Below are positions 27,766 through 37,609 of a DNA stretch of 48,515 nucleotides, one piece after another. How positions within the stretch are numbered: the first letter of the stretch is position 1; every line of letters starts with the position of its first letter. Below the pieces are notes generated by a model that ran no database searches, was not told the DNA's origin, and saw nothing but the letters and a program-made list of their open reading frames with translations. The translations under genes and the position numbers were made by a program. The stretch covers positions 1 through 48,515 of the forward strand of contig CAYGEE010000002.1 in the NCBI GenBank assembly GCA_964348765.1, in the 5' to 3' direction. Origin of the DNA: an uncultured Planctomycetales bacterium. Its GTDB lineage: Bacteria > Omnitrophota > Gorgyraeia > Zapsychrales > Zapsychraceae.

Positions 27766-27811
27766 GCTTTGAAATCTTTTAATACGTCATTAAGAAAGCA
27801 GAGAGGTTGTT

Positions 27812-28675
27812 ATGAAAATTTACATTAATGGAGAATTTTTCGAAAAAAAAGACGCGAAAGTTTCTGTGTATGATCACGGATTTCTTTACGGCGATGGGGC
27901 TTTTGAAGGCATCCGCTCTTATGAACGGCTTGTTTTTCGGTTGGATGCGCATATTGATCGGCTTTATGAAACTTGCCATACGATGATGATAAAAGTGCCG
28001 CTAACCAAACAGCAAATGGTTAAGGCTGTTATAGATACGTTAAAAGTCAATAAATTGACAGATGGCTATATTCGAGCGATCGTGACCCGCGGTGAGGGTG
28101 ATCTTGGCCTTGATCCTCGGAAATGTACAGGTTCCGCTAACATTATTATTATTACCGATAAAATCACTCTTTATTCACAAGAGCTGTATACTAAGGGCAT
28201 GGAGATTATTACCGTGCCGACACCGCGGAATAATCCGGAGGCGCTTAATCCTCAGTTAAAATCGCTTAATTATTTAAATAATATCTTAGCGAAGATCGAA
28301 GCGAATAATTCCGGTTACCCTGAAGCTATTATGCTTGACCATCTTGGTTTTGTGGGTGAATGTACGGGTGATAATATTTTTATTGTGAAAAAGAAGGTGC
28401 TGTCGACTCCAAGCCAGGGGCGTTTAAAGGGGATCACTTGCGACACTGTTATGGAATTAGCGGCGAAAAATAAGATCAAAACGAAAGAGGGTTTTCTTAC
28501 TCGGCATGAAGTTTATACGGCTGATGAATGTTTTTTAACCGGAACTGCCGCTGAGATCATTCCGGTCGTTAAAGTTGATGGACGCTTGATCGGTGACGGT
28601 CATCCTGGGCCGATCACAAAGAAGATGACCCAATTATTTCATGTGGTGACGAGGAAAGATGGAGTGAAATATTGA
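27812..28675 (+). CDS. ilvE: Branched-chain amino acid aminotransferase (fold-type IV)
   Basis: 287 aa. 'DHGFLYGDGAFEGIRSY' and 'LNPQLKSLNYLNNILAK.EA' are class-IV aminotransferase motifs. Confidence 0.85.
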   Translation: MKIYINGEFFEKKDAKVSVYDHGFLYGDGAFEGIRSYERLVFRLDAHIDRLYETCHTMMIKVPLTKQQMVKAVIDTLKVNKLTDGYIRAIVTRGEGDLGLDPRKCTGSANIIIITDKITLYSQELYTKGMEIITVPTPRNNPEALNPQLKSLNYLNNILAKIEANNSGYPEAIMLDHLGFVGECTGDNIFIVKKKVLSTPSQGRLKGITCDTVMELAAKNKIKTKEGFLTRHEVYTADECFLTGTAAEIIPVVKVDGRLIGDGHPGPITKKMTQLFHVVTRKDGVKY

Positions 28676-28680
28676 GTTTT

Positions 28681-28731
28681 CAGTCTGCAGTCTCCAGTCT
28701 TCAGACACTGATGACTGCGGGCTGGAGACTG
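28681..28731 (+). repeat. Heptad-built hairpin (3x CAGTCTN, complement AGACTG) between ilvE and mcsA
   Basis: CAGTCT occurs at 28681, 28688 and 28695 (period 7). CAGTCTCCAG (28688-28697) pairs perfectly with CTGGAGACTG (28722-28731). Confidence 0.7.
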
Positions 28732-28756
28732 ATAACTTTATTCGGAGATTAAAACA

Positions 28757-29266
28757 ATGCAATGTGATATTTGCGGTAAGAAAAAAGCAACGGTGCATTT
28801 AACGGAAATTGTTGACGAACAGATGTCGGAAATGCATTTGTGTGAAGACTGTGCGCGCGAAAAAAGTGTGCAGATGGAGCAGCAGTTCGGTTTGGCGGAT
28901 CTTTTGGCCGGGTTGTCTGATTTTGGCAAACAGGTTAAGAATGTTGAGAAGACGAAACTGGAGTGTCCTCATTGCGGGCTTAATTATGACGATTTTAGGA
29001 AGTTCGGGCGTTTGGGATGCAGTCAATGTTATGATTCTTTTAAATCGCATTTATCGAATTTATTAAAAAAGATCCATGGGTCGAATAATCATTTGGGAAA
29101 AACGCCGTTAAGATTGCCCAATTCTGATCGCAAAAAAATGGAAAGTCTTCAGGAATTAAAGAATCATTTGATGAATGCGATACAGATGGAAGATTTCGAA
29201 CAGGCGGCAAGATTAAGAGATAAGATCCGGGAATTTGAAAAGAATGAGAGTAATAAACAATTATGA
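28757..29266 (+). CDS. mcsA: McsA-like activator of protein arginine kinase (zinc-finger plus UvrB/UvrC motif protein)
   Basis: 'CDICGKKKATVHLTEI......MHLCEDCA' and 'CPHCG....F...GRLGC..CY' are zinc fingers. The C-terminal 'EDFEQAARLRDKIREFE' is a UVR motif. It lies directly upstream of mcsB. Confidence 0.85.
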   Translation: MQCDICGKKKATVHLTEIVDEQMSEMHLCEDCAREKSVQMEQQFGLADLLAGLSDFGKQVKNVEKTKLECPHCGLNYDDFRKFGRLGCSQCYDSFKSHLSNLLKKIHGSNNHLGKTPLRLPNSDRKKMESLQELKNHLMNAIQMEDFEQAARLRDKIREFEKNESNKQL

Positions 29267-30324
29267 AACTTGACGATCTGATCCATCAAACAGGCCAGTG
29301 GTTAAAAGGTGTGGGAGAACACGCCAATATCGTGATGTCCTCACGTGTGCGTTTAGCGCGAAATATCGCGATCAGGCCTTTTCCTAATCGTGCGAAGAAA
29401 AAAGAATTAGATGAGATCCTTGAGCTTGTGCAGAATGCAATGAATCAGATCGATTTTTTTAAGGATTCATTTTTTTTAAAGATCAATGAGCTTGATAATG
29501 TGGATAAACAATTTCTCGTCGAGCGCCATTTGATGAGTCACGAACATTCGACAAACCCTGAGGGAAAAGCGCTTGTTGTTTCGAAAGAAGAAGTTTTGTC
29601 TGTCATGATCAACGAAGAGGATCATTTACGGATCCAGGTCATGCAGTCGGGGTTTAATTTGGATGAAACTTGGAAGATCGCCAACACCATCGACGATTCT
29701 TTGTCAGAAAAACTTGATTTTGCGTTTTCAATGCAATGGGGATATTTGACCGCTTGTCCGACGAATACAGGAACGGCGATCAGAGGATCCGTCATGCTTC
29801 ATTTGCCGGCGCTTGTGATGACCAAACAGATCAATAAAGTGTTGGCAGCAGTTTCAAAGCTTAGCTTTGCTTCACGTGGATTTTATGGTGAAGGGACACA
29901 GGCGAGCGGGAATTTCTATCAGATCTCGAATCAGGTTTCTTTGGGACATAGTGAAGAAGATATGATCCAGAATATCAATGGACTGATCCGTCAGGTGATC
30001 GAGCAGGAGGAGCAGGCTCGTCAGGCTTTGGTCGTTCAGAACCGCAGTATGTTGGAAGATAAAATTTATCGGTCCGTCGGACTACTTAAGCACGCGCATG
30101 TTATTTCTAGTCAGGAAACTGTTGAACTTTTGTCGATGGTTAGATTGGGGATCGATCTAGACATTGTAAAAGATATCAATCGTAAAAATATTAATGACCT
30201 TTTTATCATGATCCAGCCCGCTCATCTCCAGAAGATCGAGGGTAAGAAATTATCGGCGGCTGATCGTGATCGTAAAAGAGCAAATCTTATTCGGCAAAAA
30301 ATAGGAGGCAATGGACATGTTTAA
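29263..30324 (+). CDS. mcsB: Protein arginine kinase (ATP:guanido phosphotransferase)
   Basis: 353 aa. 'SSRVRLARN', '[10 protein letters not shown]', '[18 protein letters not shown]' and 'YGEG' are guanido-kinase motifs. ATGA overlap with mcsA. Confidence 0.9.
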   Translation: MKLDDLIHQTGQWLKGVGEHANIVMSSRVRLARNIAIRPFPNRAKKKELDEILELVQNAMNQIDFFKDSFFLKINELDNVDKQFLVERHLMSHEHSTNPEGKALVVSKEEVLSVMINEEDHLRIQVMQSGFNLDETWKIANTIDDSLSEKLDFAFSMQWGYLTACPTNTGTAIRGSVMLHLPALVMTKQINKVLAAVSKLSFASRGFYGEGTQASGNFYQISNQVSLGHSEEDMIQNINGLIRQVIEQEEQARQALVVQNRSMLEDKIYRSVGLLKHAHVISSQETVELLSMVRLGIDLDIVKDINRKNINDLFIMIQPAHLQKIEGKKLSAADRDRKRANLIRQKIGGNGHV

Positions 30325-32734
30325 TCGATTCACAGAACGAGCAAGAAAAGTTATCGTCTATGCCAAGGAAGAGGCTCGACGATTTAATCATGATTATATC
30401 GGCACGGAACATCTTTTATTGGGTTTAGTGCGTGAAGGAGAAGGGGTCGCGTCCGCTGTTTTACAGAAACTCGGGCTAGATCTTGAAACGATCCGTATTG
30501 AAGTTGAAAAACTTGTTCAGCCGGGCCCGCAAACACAAGTACTGGGAGATATTCCATTTACTCCGCGTTCGAAGAAAGCTCTTGAATTGTCGGCGGAGGA
30601 AGCACGGGCTTTAGGCCATAATTATATTGGGACGGAGCATCTTTTGTTAGGCCTTGTTAAAGAGGGCGAAGGCATGGCGTATCGTGTGCTTTTAAATCTC
30701 GGCTTAGATCTTGGAAAACTTCGTAATGAAGTTATGGAATTATTGGGTTCAGGGATCCCTGGCTTTGGGAATCAAGAACCGGTCAAAAGTGATAAAACAC
30801 CGGCGATCGATGCTTATGGCCGTAATTTGAATAAATTAGCAAAAGATGGGAAGCTTGATCCGGTGATCGGACGAGAAGGAGAGATCGAACGGATCCTTCA
30901 GATCTTAAGTCGTCGGACAAAAAATAATCCTGTTCTTTTGGGAGAAGCGGGCGTCGGGAAAACCGCGATCGTTGAAGGATTGGCTCAGCTGATCGTGAAA
31001 GGTGAAGTTCCGGAAATCTTACGTGAAAAGACAATTGTCATGCTTGATCTGGCGCTTATGATCGCCGGAACGAAATATCGCGGTCAATTTGAAGAGCGTA
31101 TCAAAGCGATCATGGATGAGATCAAGCGTTCTGGGAAATTGATCCTTTTTATTGACGAACTCCATACTCTCGTCGGTGCGGGCGCCGCGGAAGGTGCGAT
31201 CGATGCCGCCAATATTCTAAAGCCGGCGTTATCTCGAGGAGAGATCCAGTGCATTGGCGCAACTACCATGGATGAATACCGCAAACACATCGAAAAAGAT
31301 GCCGCTCTTGAGCGCCGTTTTCAGACAGTTGTCGTCGAGCCGCCTTCAGTTGAAGAAGCGATCCTTATTTTAAAAGGTCTGCGTGATAAATACGAAGCGC
31401 ATCATCGGGTGAAATTTTCTGATGAATCTTTGGATGCGGCTGTTCGATTGTCAGATCGTTATATCGCCGGGCGTTCTTTGCCGGATAAAGCTGTCGACAT
31501 CCTGGATGAAGCGGGAGCAAGAGCGCGGCTAACGGCAATGGTTGTCCCTCCGAATTTGAAAGATCTGGAATCAGAAATTGAATCTTTGAAAAAAGAAAAA
31601 GAAGCCTTTATTAAAAGTCAAGATTTTGAAAAGGCGGCGAAGCTTCGTGATCAAGAACGGGAAACGCGTGAAAAACTTGAGAAAATAAAAACGGATTGGG
31701 CTCATGAGCGGGATAAAGTAACGATCACGATCGGTTATGAAGAAATCGCGAAAGTTGTTTCGCAGTGGACAAAAGTTCCGCTTATCCGCTTAGAACAAAA
31801 AGAATCACAGAAACTTCTTAAAATGGAAGATTTTCTGCATAAAGTTGTTATCGGACAGAATGAAGCGATCAGCGCGATCGCCCGCGCTGTCCGTCGGTCT
31901 CGTGCAGGCATTAAAGATCCTCGCCGGCCGATCGGATCTTTTGTCTTTTTGGGTCCAACGGGCGTTGGTAAAACGCTGCTGGCGCAAGCTTTGGCTGAGT
32001 TTATGTTCGGCAGTAAAGAATCTCTTGTTCAGATCGACATGTCTGAATATATGGATAAATTCAATGTTTCGCGTTTGATCGGAGCTCCGCCTGGATATGT
32101 CGGCTATGAAGAAGGCGGGCAGCTAACTGAGAAGATCCGCAGAAAACCATATTCAGTTATTCTGCTTGATGAGATCGAGAAAGCGCATCCGGATGTTTTT
32201 AATCTGCTTTTACAGGTATTTGAAGAAGGCCGATTGACGGATAGCTTGGGACGGAAAATAGATTTTAAGAATACGATTATTCTCATGACATCCAATGTCG
32301 GTGCTGAGATGCTTCGTAAACAAAGTTCTTTAGGCTTTTTGCAGCAAAAAGAATCTGCAACGCATGAAAACATGAAGGGTGTTTTGTTGGACGAAGTTAA
32401 GAAATTCTTTAAACCGGAATTTTTAAATAGGATCGATGATATTATCGTCTTTCAATCGTTAACGAAAGAGGATCTTACTCAAATTGTCCAGTTGGAGATC
32501 GAACAGTTCGCCAAGAGGCTTAAGAATAAAGAGATCAAGATCGAGATTTCTCCAGAGGCGGTTGCTCTTTTGATCGAAAAGGGATTTGATCCTGTCTACG
32601 GAGCTCGTCCTTTAAAACGTACCATTCAGCGGCTGTTGGAGGATCCTTTGGCGGAAGATATTATTTCCGGCCATTTTACTGAAGGGACTGTTATTCGAGC
32701 GGAACGAAAAGATGATATTCTGGTTTTCAAATAA
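30317..32734 (+). CDS. clpC: ATP-dependent Clp protease ATP-binding subunit ClpC
   Basis: Double Clp_N repeat ('[24 protein letters not shown]' twice), two AAA+ modules (Walker A 'GEAGVGKT' and 'GPTGVGKT') and a UVR-type linker ('[11 protein letters not shown]'). The ATG at 30317 is 8 nt after GGAGG; the ORF-track start is 30311. Confidence 0.93.
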   Translation: MFNRFTERARKVIVYAKEEARRFNHDYIGTEHLLLGLVREGEGVASAVLQKLGLDLETIRIEVEKLVQPGPQTQVLGDIPFTPRSKKALELSAEEARALGHNYIGTEHLLLGLVKEGEGMAYRVLLNLGLDLGKLRNEVMELLGSGIPGFGNQEPVKSDKTPAIDAYGRNLNKLAKDGKLDPVIGREGEIERILQILSRRTKNNPVLLGEAGVGKTAIVEGLAQLIVKGEVPEILREKTIVMLDLALMIAGTKYRGQFEERIKAIMDEIKRSGKLILFIDELHTLVGAGAAEGAIDAANILKPALSRGEIQCIGATTMDEYRKHIEKDAALERRFQTVVVEPPSVEEAILILKGLRDKYEAHHRVKFSDESLDAAVRLSDRYIAGRSLPDKAVDILDEAGARARLTAMVVPPNLKDLESEIESLKKEKEAFIKSQDFEKAAKLRDQERETREKLEKIKTDWAHERDKVTITIGYEEIAKVVSQWTKVPLIRLEQKESQKLLKMEDFLHKVVIGQNEAISAIARAVRRSRAGIKDPRRPIGSFVFLGPTGVGKTLLAQALAEFMFGSKESLVQIDMSEYMDKFNVSRLIGAPPGYVGYEEGGQLTEKIRRKPYSVILLDEIEKAHPDVFNLLLQVFEEGRLTDSLGRKIDFKNTIILMTSNVGAEMLRKQSSLGFLQQKESATHENMKGVLLDEVKKFFKPEFLNRIDDIIVFQSLTKEDLTQIVQLEIEQFAKRLKNKEIKIEISPEAVALLIEKGFDPVYGARPLKRTIQRLLEDPLAEDIISGHFTEGTVIRAERKDDILVFK

Positions 32735-32737
32735 AGA

Positions 32738-33718
32738 ATGAAATTAAAACTTCTTATTGTTGTCTTTTTTATTTCTTTTTTTTGTTTTCCGAGAGCGGAA
32801 GTTTTTGCGTTTAATCCGCTTTCGGTTGACGGGAATGTTGACTTGAAAAATCAGAAGATCGATCTGGTTATCGGCCTTGCAAAGGACATTAATATTCCAG
32901 CAACCATCCAGAAACTTGGTGATACGGATTATCGCCTTTCTGTTAATTTCTTGCATTTTAAAACCAGAAATTTTGATTTTTCAAGTCAGCTTCAAACTTC
33001 ATTTGGATTTTTAAAAGACGAGAAAGGGCCTTCATCGGTTAACGGGAAAGTTTCTAGTCAATATTCCCTTCTTGATTACAAACCGATCAAAGAATTGTCC
33101 GGCCAGTTTGAATTTATTGATAATCGATTGCGGTTCATTGGGATCTCATTTGCGGATATTTCCTGCTCAGGTGCTGTTGATTTCAACAGTCCTGTACAGA
33201 TGGATCTGACTTTTAATCTTAATACTTTTCCTCTGGATGATTTTTTAAACTTTTGGATACAGGAAAAGGATTTTACAAGTTCGGGGAATGTGTCTGGACA
33301 GATCAAAGTTTTAGGGAGCCTTCAACAGCCGTTCTTAAGGGGAAATTTGGAAACAGTTAATGGTCACGTGAAGAGTTTGAATTTTGATAGCATTAAATTG
33401 AACATGGAGGGGAAATTCCCCAATTTAAAGATCGCGAATTCGAAGGTTTCACAAACAGATGGCATGAGTTTTATTATCGACGGGATGATCAATTTAAATG
33501 ATCAAAGAAATTTTAAGAAACAAATTAAAGACCTGAATCTTTCTCCTTTGGTCAGCAATACGAATTCTGGTTCGGAGTGGGTTGTTCGTAAGATTAAAGA
33601 TGAGGATAAGGCGGATACTCAGGTAAAATATTTTTTGCGTAAAGAGATCGAAAAAAGTGTGGGCGGGAATTCACAAGATTCCGGGATGTTGGGTGTTCAA
33701 AAATCTATGGATTTTTAA
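32738..33718 (+). CDS. Secreted beta-rich protein of unknown function (possible AsmA/TamB-like repeat protein)
   Basis: 326 aa with a signal peptide 'MKLKLLIVVFFISFFCFPRAEVFA'. It is rich in N/S/G/D/F, with segments such as 'SGNVSGQIKVLGSLQQPFLRGNLETVNGHVKSLNFDSIKLNMEG'. It starts 3 nt after clpC and ends 2 nt before mlaE. Confidence 0.5.
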   Translation: MKLKLLIVVFFISFFCFPRAEVFAFNPLSVDGNVDLKNQKIDLVIGLAKDINIPATIQKLGDTDYRLSVNFLHFKTRNFDFSSQLQTSFGFLKDEKGPSSVNGKVSSQYSLLDYKPIKELSGQFEFIDNRLRFIGISFADISCSGAVDFNSPVQMDLTFNLNTFPLDDFLNFWIQEKDFTSSGNVSGQIKVLGSLQQPFLRGNLETVNGHVKSLNFDSIKLNMEGKFPNLKIANSKVSQTDGMSFIIDGMINLNDQRNFKKQIKDLNLSPLVSNTNSGSEWVVRKIKDEDKADTQVKYFLRKEIEKSVGGNSQDSGMLGVQKSMDF

Positions 33719-33720
33719 TT

Positions 33721-34509
33721 ATGCTTAATCAATTGATCGCAATGCCAGGGAGTTTTCTGATACGGGTCGTTAGATATACTGGCCAGTTTACGTTTCTTCT
33801 TGGGCAAACTCTGTATCAATGTTTTATCCCTCCTTATAAATGGCATCGTGTGATGGAGCAGGCAAAGCGGGTTGGGCCGGAAAGTTTTTTTATTGCAGCA
33901 CTCGTCGGATTTTTTGTCGGTATGATTATGGCGTTGCAGATGGCGTATCAGATGGTCAAGCTCTCCGCCGAGATCTATATTCCTAATGTTGTATCTGTTG
34001 CGATGACCAGGGAACTTTCTCCTGTTCTAACGGCGCTTATTGTGGCCGGCCGGGTCGGGGCAGGGATCGCTGCGGAAATAGCATCGATGACAGTCACCGA
34101 ACAAGTCGATGCTTTGAAGGCTTTTGCAGTAAATCCTGTGAAGTATTTGGTAGTGCCTCGATTTTTAGCTTTACTTATTATGCTTCCGTTGCTGACGATT
34201 TTCTCAAATATGATCGGGATCTTAGGCGCTTATGTTATTTGTGTTTATAAATTAAACGTGAATCCCGCGATGTTCTATCAGATGGTCACGCAAGCTGTTG
34301 ATATGCCTGATATCGTTACAGGGTTAGTCAAAACAATATTTTTTGGGGCGATCATTGCGCTTGTGGGATGTCATCGGGGATTAACAGTCTCCGGAGGAGC
34401 CGAGGGAGTCGGGCGAGCTACAACGATGTCGGTGGTTATTTCTTTTATTATGATTATTATGGCCGATTGTTTCTTTACAACAATCTTCTTTTTTATTCTT
34501 AAATTATAA
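33721..34509 (+). CDS. mlaE: MlaE-family ABC transporter permease
   Basis: 262 aa, multi-TM. 'VGPESFFIAALVGFFVGMIMALQ', 'TRELSPVLTALIVAGRVGA.IAAEI.SM.VTEQ.DAL' is the MlaE/YrbE signature. Confidence 0.9.
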   Translation: MLNQLIAMPGSFLIRVVRYTGQFTFLLGQTLYQCFIPPYKWHRVMEQAKRVGPESFFIAALVGFFVGMIMALQMAYQMVKLSAEIYIPNVVSVAMTRELSPVLTALIVAGRVGAGIAAEIASMTVTEQVDALKAFAVNPVKYLVVPRFLALLIMLPLLTIFSNMIGILGAYVICVYKLNVNPAMFYQMVTQAVDMPDIVTGLVKTIFFGAIIALVGCHRGLTVSGGAEGVGRATTMSVVISFIMIIMADCFFTTIFFFILKL

Positions 34510-35282
34510 TGATAGAGATATCCCATTTATATAAGTCGTTTGAAAATAGCATCATCCTGAATAATTTGAATTTGACGATCAAAAAGGGTGAGACCACGGT
34601 CATTATTGGCCGGAGTGGTGCTGGGAAGAGTGTTCTTTTGAAAAGTATCGTTGGTTTATTGAGGCCGGACTCGGGATCAATTAAGATCGACGGGGTTGAG
34701 GTCACAAATCTTCCGGAAAAGGATTATAATAAGATCCGGATGGAGATCGGGATGGTTTTTCAGGGCGGGGCACTATTTGATTCGTTATCGGTTGAAGAGA
34801 ATGTAGGTTTTGTTTTGACGGAATTTATGAAATTAGATAAAAAAACAGTGCGAGATAAGGTTGCTGATTCTTTAGCGATGGTTGGACTTCAAGGGATCGA
34901 GCATATGCGTCCATCCCAATTAAGCGGCGGGATGAAGAAGAGAGTGGGTCTTGCGCGTGTGCTTTGTATGGAGCCTCAAACGATCCTTTATGATGAACCT
35001 ACAAGCGAAGTGGATCCGATCACGGCTGATGCGATCAATAATTTGATCGTAGAATTAAGAGATAAGTTAAAAGTAACGTCCATTGTTGTTACTCATGACA
35101 TGAACAGCGCTTATAAAGTCGCTGATTCCATCGCGATGTTCTATCATGGGCAGGTTATCGCGGAAGGAAAACCTGAGGAGATTAGAAATACTAAGCATCC
35201 AGTTGTGAAGCAATTTATTTATGGCGAAGCGATCGGGCCGATCACGGAGAATGAAAATCTAATTTTTGGGCATGTGCGTTAG
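34509..35282 (+). CDS. mlaF: MlaF-family ABC transporter ATP-binding protein
   Basis: Walker A 'GRSGAGKS', signature 'LSGGMKKRVGLAR' and Walker B 'ILYDEPTSEVDP'. Confidence 0.9.
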   Translation: MIEISHLYKSFENSIILNNLNLTIKKGETTVIIGRSGAGKSVLLKSIVGLLRPDSGSIKIDGVEVTNLPEKDYNKIRMEIGMVFQGGALFDSLSVEENVGFVLTEFMKLDKKTVRDKVADSLAMVGLQGIEHMRPSQLSGGMKKRVGLARVLCMEPQTILYDEPTSEVDPITADAINNLIVELRDKLKVTSIVVTHDMNSAYKVADSIAMFYHGQVIAEGKPEEIRNTKHPVVKQFIYGEAIGPITENENLIFGHVR

Positions 35283-35330
35283 TTAGGTTATTTTGAAATT
35301 CTTTAACCACTTTTTAGGAGATAAAAATAA

Positions 35331-36038
35331 ATGCCAAAAGAATCAAATATAGAGTTTAAAGTAGGGATGTTTGTTTTTTTAGCCATGCTCGTTCTGGCGT
35401 TTGCTGTTTTTTCAATTTCAGATTCTAAATCGTTGAAGAACGGTATGACATTGAGGGTCATTTTTAATTTTGCGGATGGTTTAAGGGGAAGCGCGCCTGT
35501 GCGTATTGCCGGAGTGGAAGAAGGCATCGTTAAGGATATTAAAATATTTTTTGACCGTCAGGACAGTAAAACTAAAGCTGAAGTATTGGTCATGGTCAAT
35601 CGTGACGCAAAGATCCCTGCGGACTCAACGATCGTTATTAATCAGCTGGGGCTTTTGGGAGAGAAATATATTGAAGTTTTTCCTGGGATCGATACTCGTA
35701 ATTTTTTTCAGAATGAGCAAACGATCGTTGGGAAAGATCCTATCCCTCAGGCGATGATCTCAGAGAAGATCATGCAAGTCGCGGGAAAGCTTGAGAGTAC
35801 GATCGGCGGGATCAGCGAGATCATTAATAGTGATAAGAACCAAGAATCGATCAGTAAGACGTTAGAGAATTTAAGTTTCTTAAGCGGAAATTTGAATACG
35901 ATTGCCGCCAATATCAGAGATGGCAAAGGGACTCTGGGTAAGTTCGTCAGCGACGATGCGGTTTATCAGGATGTTCAGGCGTTTGCGGCGGATTTAAAAG
36001 CGAATCCGTGGAAATTGTTGTATAGGCCGAAGAAGTGA
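35331..36038 (+). CDS. mlaD: MlaD/MCE-domain substrate-binding protein
   Basis: 235 aa. N-terminal anchor 'FKVGMFVFLAMLVLAFAVF', an MCE domain ('GLRGSAPVRIAGVEEG.V..I') and a helical C-terminus. Confidence 0.85.
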   Translation: MPKESNIEFKVGMFVFLAMLVLAFAVFSISDSKSLKNGMTLRVIFNFADGLRGSAPVRIAGVEEGIVKDIKIFFDRQDSKTKAEVLVMVNRDAKIPADSTIVINQLGLLGEKYIEVFPGIDTRNFFQNEQTIVGKDPIPQAMISEKIMQVAGKLESTIGGISEIINSDKNQESISKTLENLSFLSGNLNTIAANIRDGKGTLGKFVSDDAVYQDVQAFAADLKANPWKLLYRPKK

Positions 36039-36067
36039 TGAGATTCTTGAAATTTGAATGGTGATTT

Positions 36068-36207
36068 CAGATGATCAGAGGGATCAGATGGAGAGATCAG
36101 AATCAGATGTCAGATAAAATATTTATATGGGTATTTAAATCTGAGATTCTGAGCTCTGAATTCTTTATCTGGTAAATCTGATATTCTGGTCTTCGTCTTT
36201 ATTTTTT
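36068..36207 (+). repeat. 121-nt imperfect hairpin of TCAGA(T/G) units plus a T-rich tract, downstream of mlaD (terminator-like)
   Basis: Hand pairing gives four segments: 36084-36095 with 36161-36172, 36097-36104 with 36145-36152 (8 bp perfect), 36110-36115 with 36139-36144, and 36068-36079 with 36177-36188. TTTATTTTTT at 36198-36207 follows. Confidence 0.65.
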
Positions 36208-36223
36208 GGTAATTAATATTATT

Positions 36224-37585
36224 ATGAAAATTAAAACACTTTACGTTTGTCAAAATTGCGGAACACAATCTCCTCGTTGGGTAGGGAAATGCCAGAATTG
36301 CGAAGCGTGGAATTCTTACGTTGAGGAAAGTGTTTCTTCTTCTAGTCAGAAGACTTCCAGCAGTATTTTTAAGGACGAACCGATCCTTTTAAGTGATATT
36401 GCTCATAAAGAAGAGAAACGATATTTTACGAATATCAAAGAATTTGACCGCGTGATGGGCGGAGGGATCGTTCCTGGATCGGCGACATTGATCGGCGGTG
36501 ATCCAGGCATTGGAAAATCAACCCTTACTCTTCAGTTAAGCTGTATGTTGAGCCAGCAGGGGTTGAAGGTTCTTTATATAAGCGGAGAAGAATCCATTCA
36601 GCAGACTAGCATGCGAGCCCGGCGGATCAGCCCTAAAGATAATCGTTTGCTTTATATCGTGAATCAAATTGATATGAATGTGATCTTGGAATTCATGAAT
36701 AAGATGAAGCCGGATGTTGTTATCATTGATTCGATCCAGGTTGTTTATAGTCCGCAGGTGGAATCCACCCCAGGCAGTGTCAGCCAAGTTCGTGAGTGCG
36801 CTGCGACATTGATCCAGTATGGGAAGGCGATGAATATTTCTGTTTTTTTGATCGGTCACGTTACGAAAGAAGGGATGCTCGCCGGTCCGCGTGTTTTGGA
36901 ACATTTAGTTGATACGGTTTTATATTTTGAAGGTGAAAGATATTCAACCTATCGGATCCTACGTGCGACGAAGAATCGATTTGGCTCAACAAATGAGATC
37001 GGTGTTTTTGAAATGGGGTCGGTTGGCCTTACAGAAGTTGAGAATCCCTCTGAGATCTTTTTATCGGAACGCCCGCAAAATACTTCGGGATCGGTTGTTG
37101 TGCCGATCGTCGAGGGAACGCGTCCTTTTTTGGTTGAAATCCAAGGGCTTGTGAGCCGGTCGACGTTTGGCGTTGTTCGGCAGAAGGCACAAGGGTTTGA
37201 TGCAAATCGCCTGGCTCTTTTAGTTGCGGTCTTGGAAAAAAGATTGTCCTTGAACTTGCAGGATAAAGATATTTTTTTGAATGTTGTCGGCGGTGTTAAG
37301 ATCATGGATCCGGCGGCGGACTTGGCCGTTGTGATTTCGATCGCGTCAGCTTTTCTTGATAAGCCCATTGCGCAAGATACTGTTATTGTTGGAGAGGTTG
37401 GTTTGTCGGCGGAGGTTAGAAGCGTTAGTCAGATCGCGATCCGTATCAATGAAGCGGAGAAGCTCGGATTTAAAAAGTGCATCATTCCTTCGAATAATAT
37501 GAAATCGAAAATAGAATTAAAGAGCAAGAAAATGGCTCTTGTCGGCGTTGAGAATGTTAAGCAGGCGATGCAGGAATTGAAATAA
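36224..37585 (+). CDS. radA: DNA repair protein RadA/Sms
   Basis: 'YVCQNCG....RW.GKC..C..WNS' zinc finger, Walker A 'GDPGIGKST', 'KNRFG' motif and a Lon-like C-terminal domain. The ATG at 36224 is preferred over the ORF-track start at 36206. Confidence 0.93.
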   Translation: MKIKTLYVCQNCGTQSPRWVGKCQNCEAWNSYVEESVSSSSQKTSSSIFKDEPILLSDIAHKEEKRYFTNIKEFDRVMGGGIVPGSATLIGGDPGIGKSTLTLQLSCMLSQQGLKVLYISGEESIQQTSMRARRISPKDNRLLYIVNQIDMNVILEFMNKMKPDVVIIDSIQVVYSPQVESTPGSVSQVRECAATLIQYGKAMNISVFLIGHVTKEGMLAGPRVLEHLVDTVLYFEGERYSTYRILRATKNRFGSTNEIGVFEMGSVGLTEVENPSEIFLSERPQNTSGSVVVPIVEGTRPFLVEIQGLVSRSTFGVVRQKAQGFDANRLALLVAVLEKRLSLNLQDKDIFLNVVGGVKIMDPAADLAVVISIASAFLDKPIAQDTVIVGEVGLSAEVRSVSQIAIRINEAEKLGFKKCIIPSNNMKSKIELKSKKMALVGVENVKQAMQELK

Positions 37586-37609
37586 TTTAATTATAGGATT
37601 TTCCTACTT

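Noticed and set aside
28676-28756. CtsR operator upstream of mcsA
   Set aside because: No tandem heptad GGTCAAA-type repeat is visible and no ctsR gene precedes mcsA. Only the CAGTCT hairpin is present.
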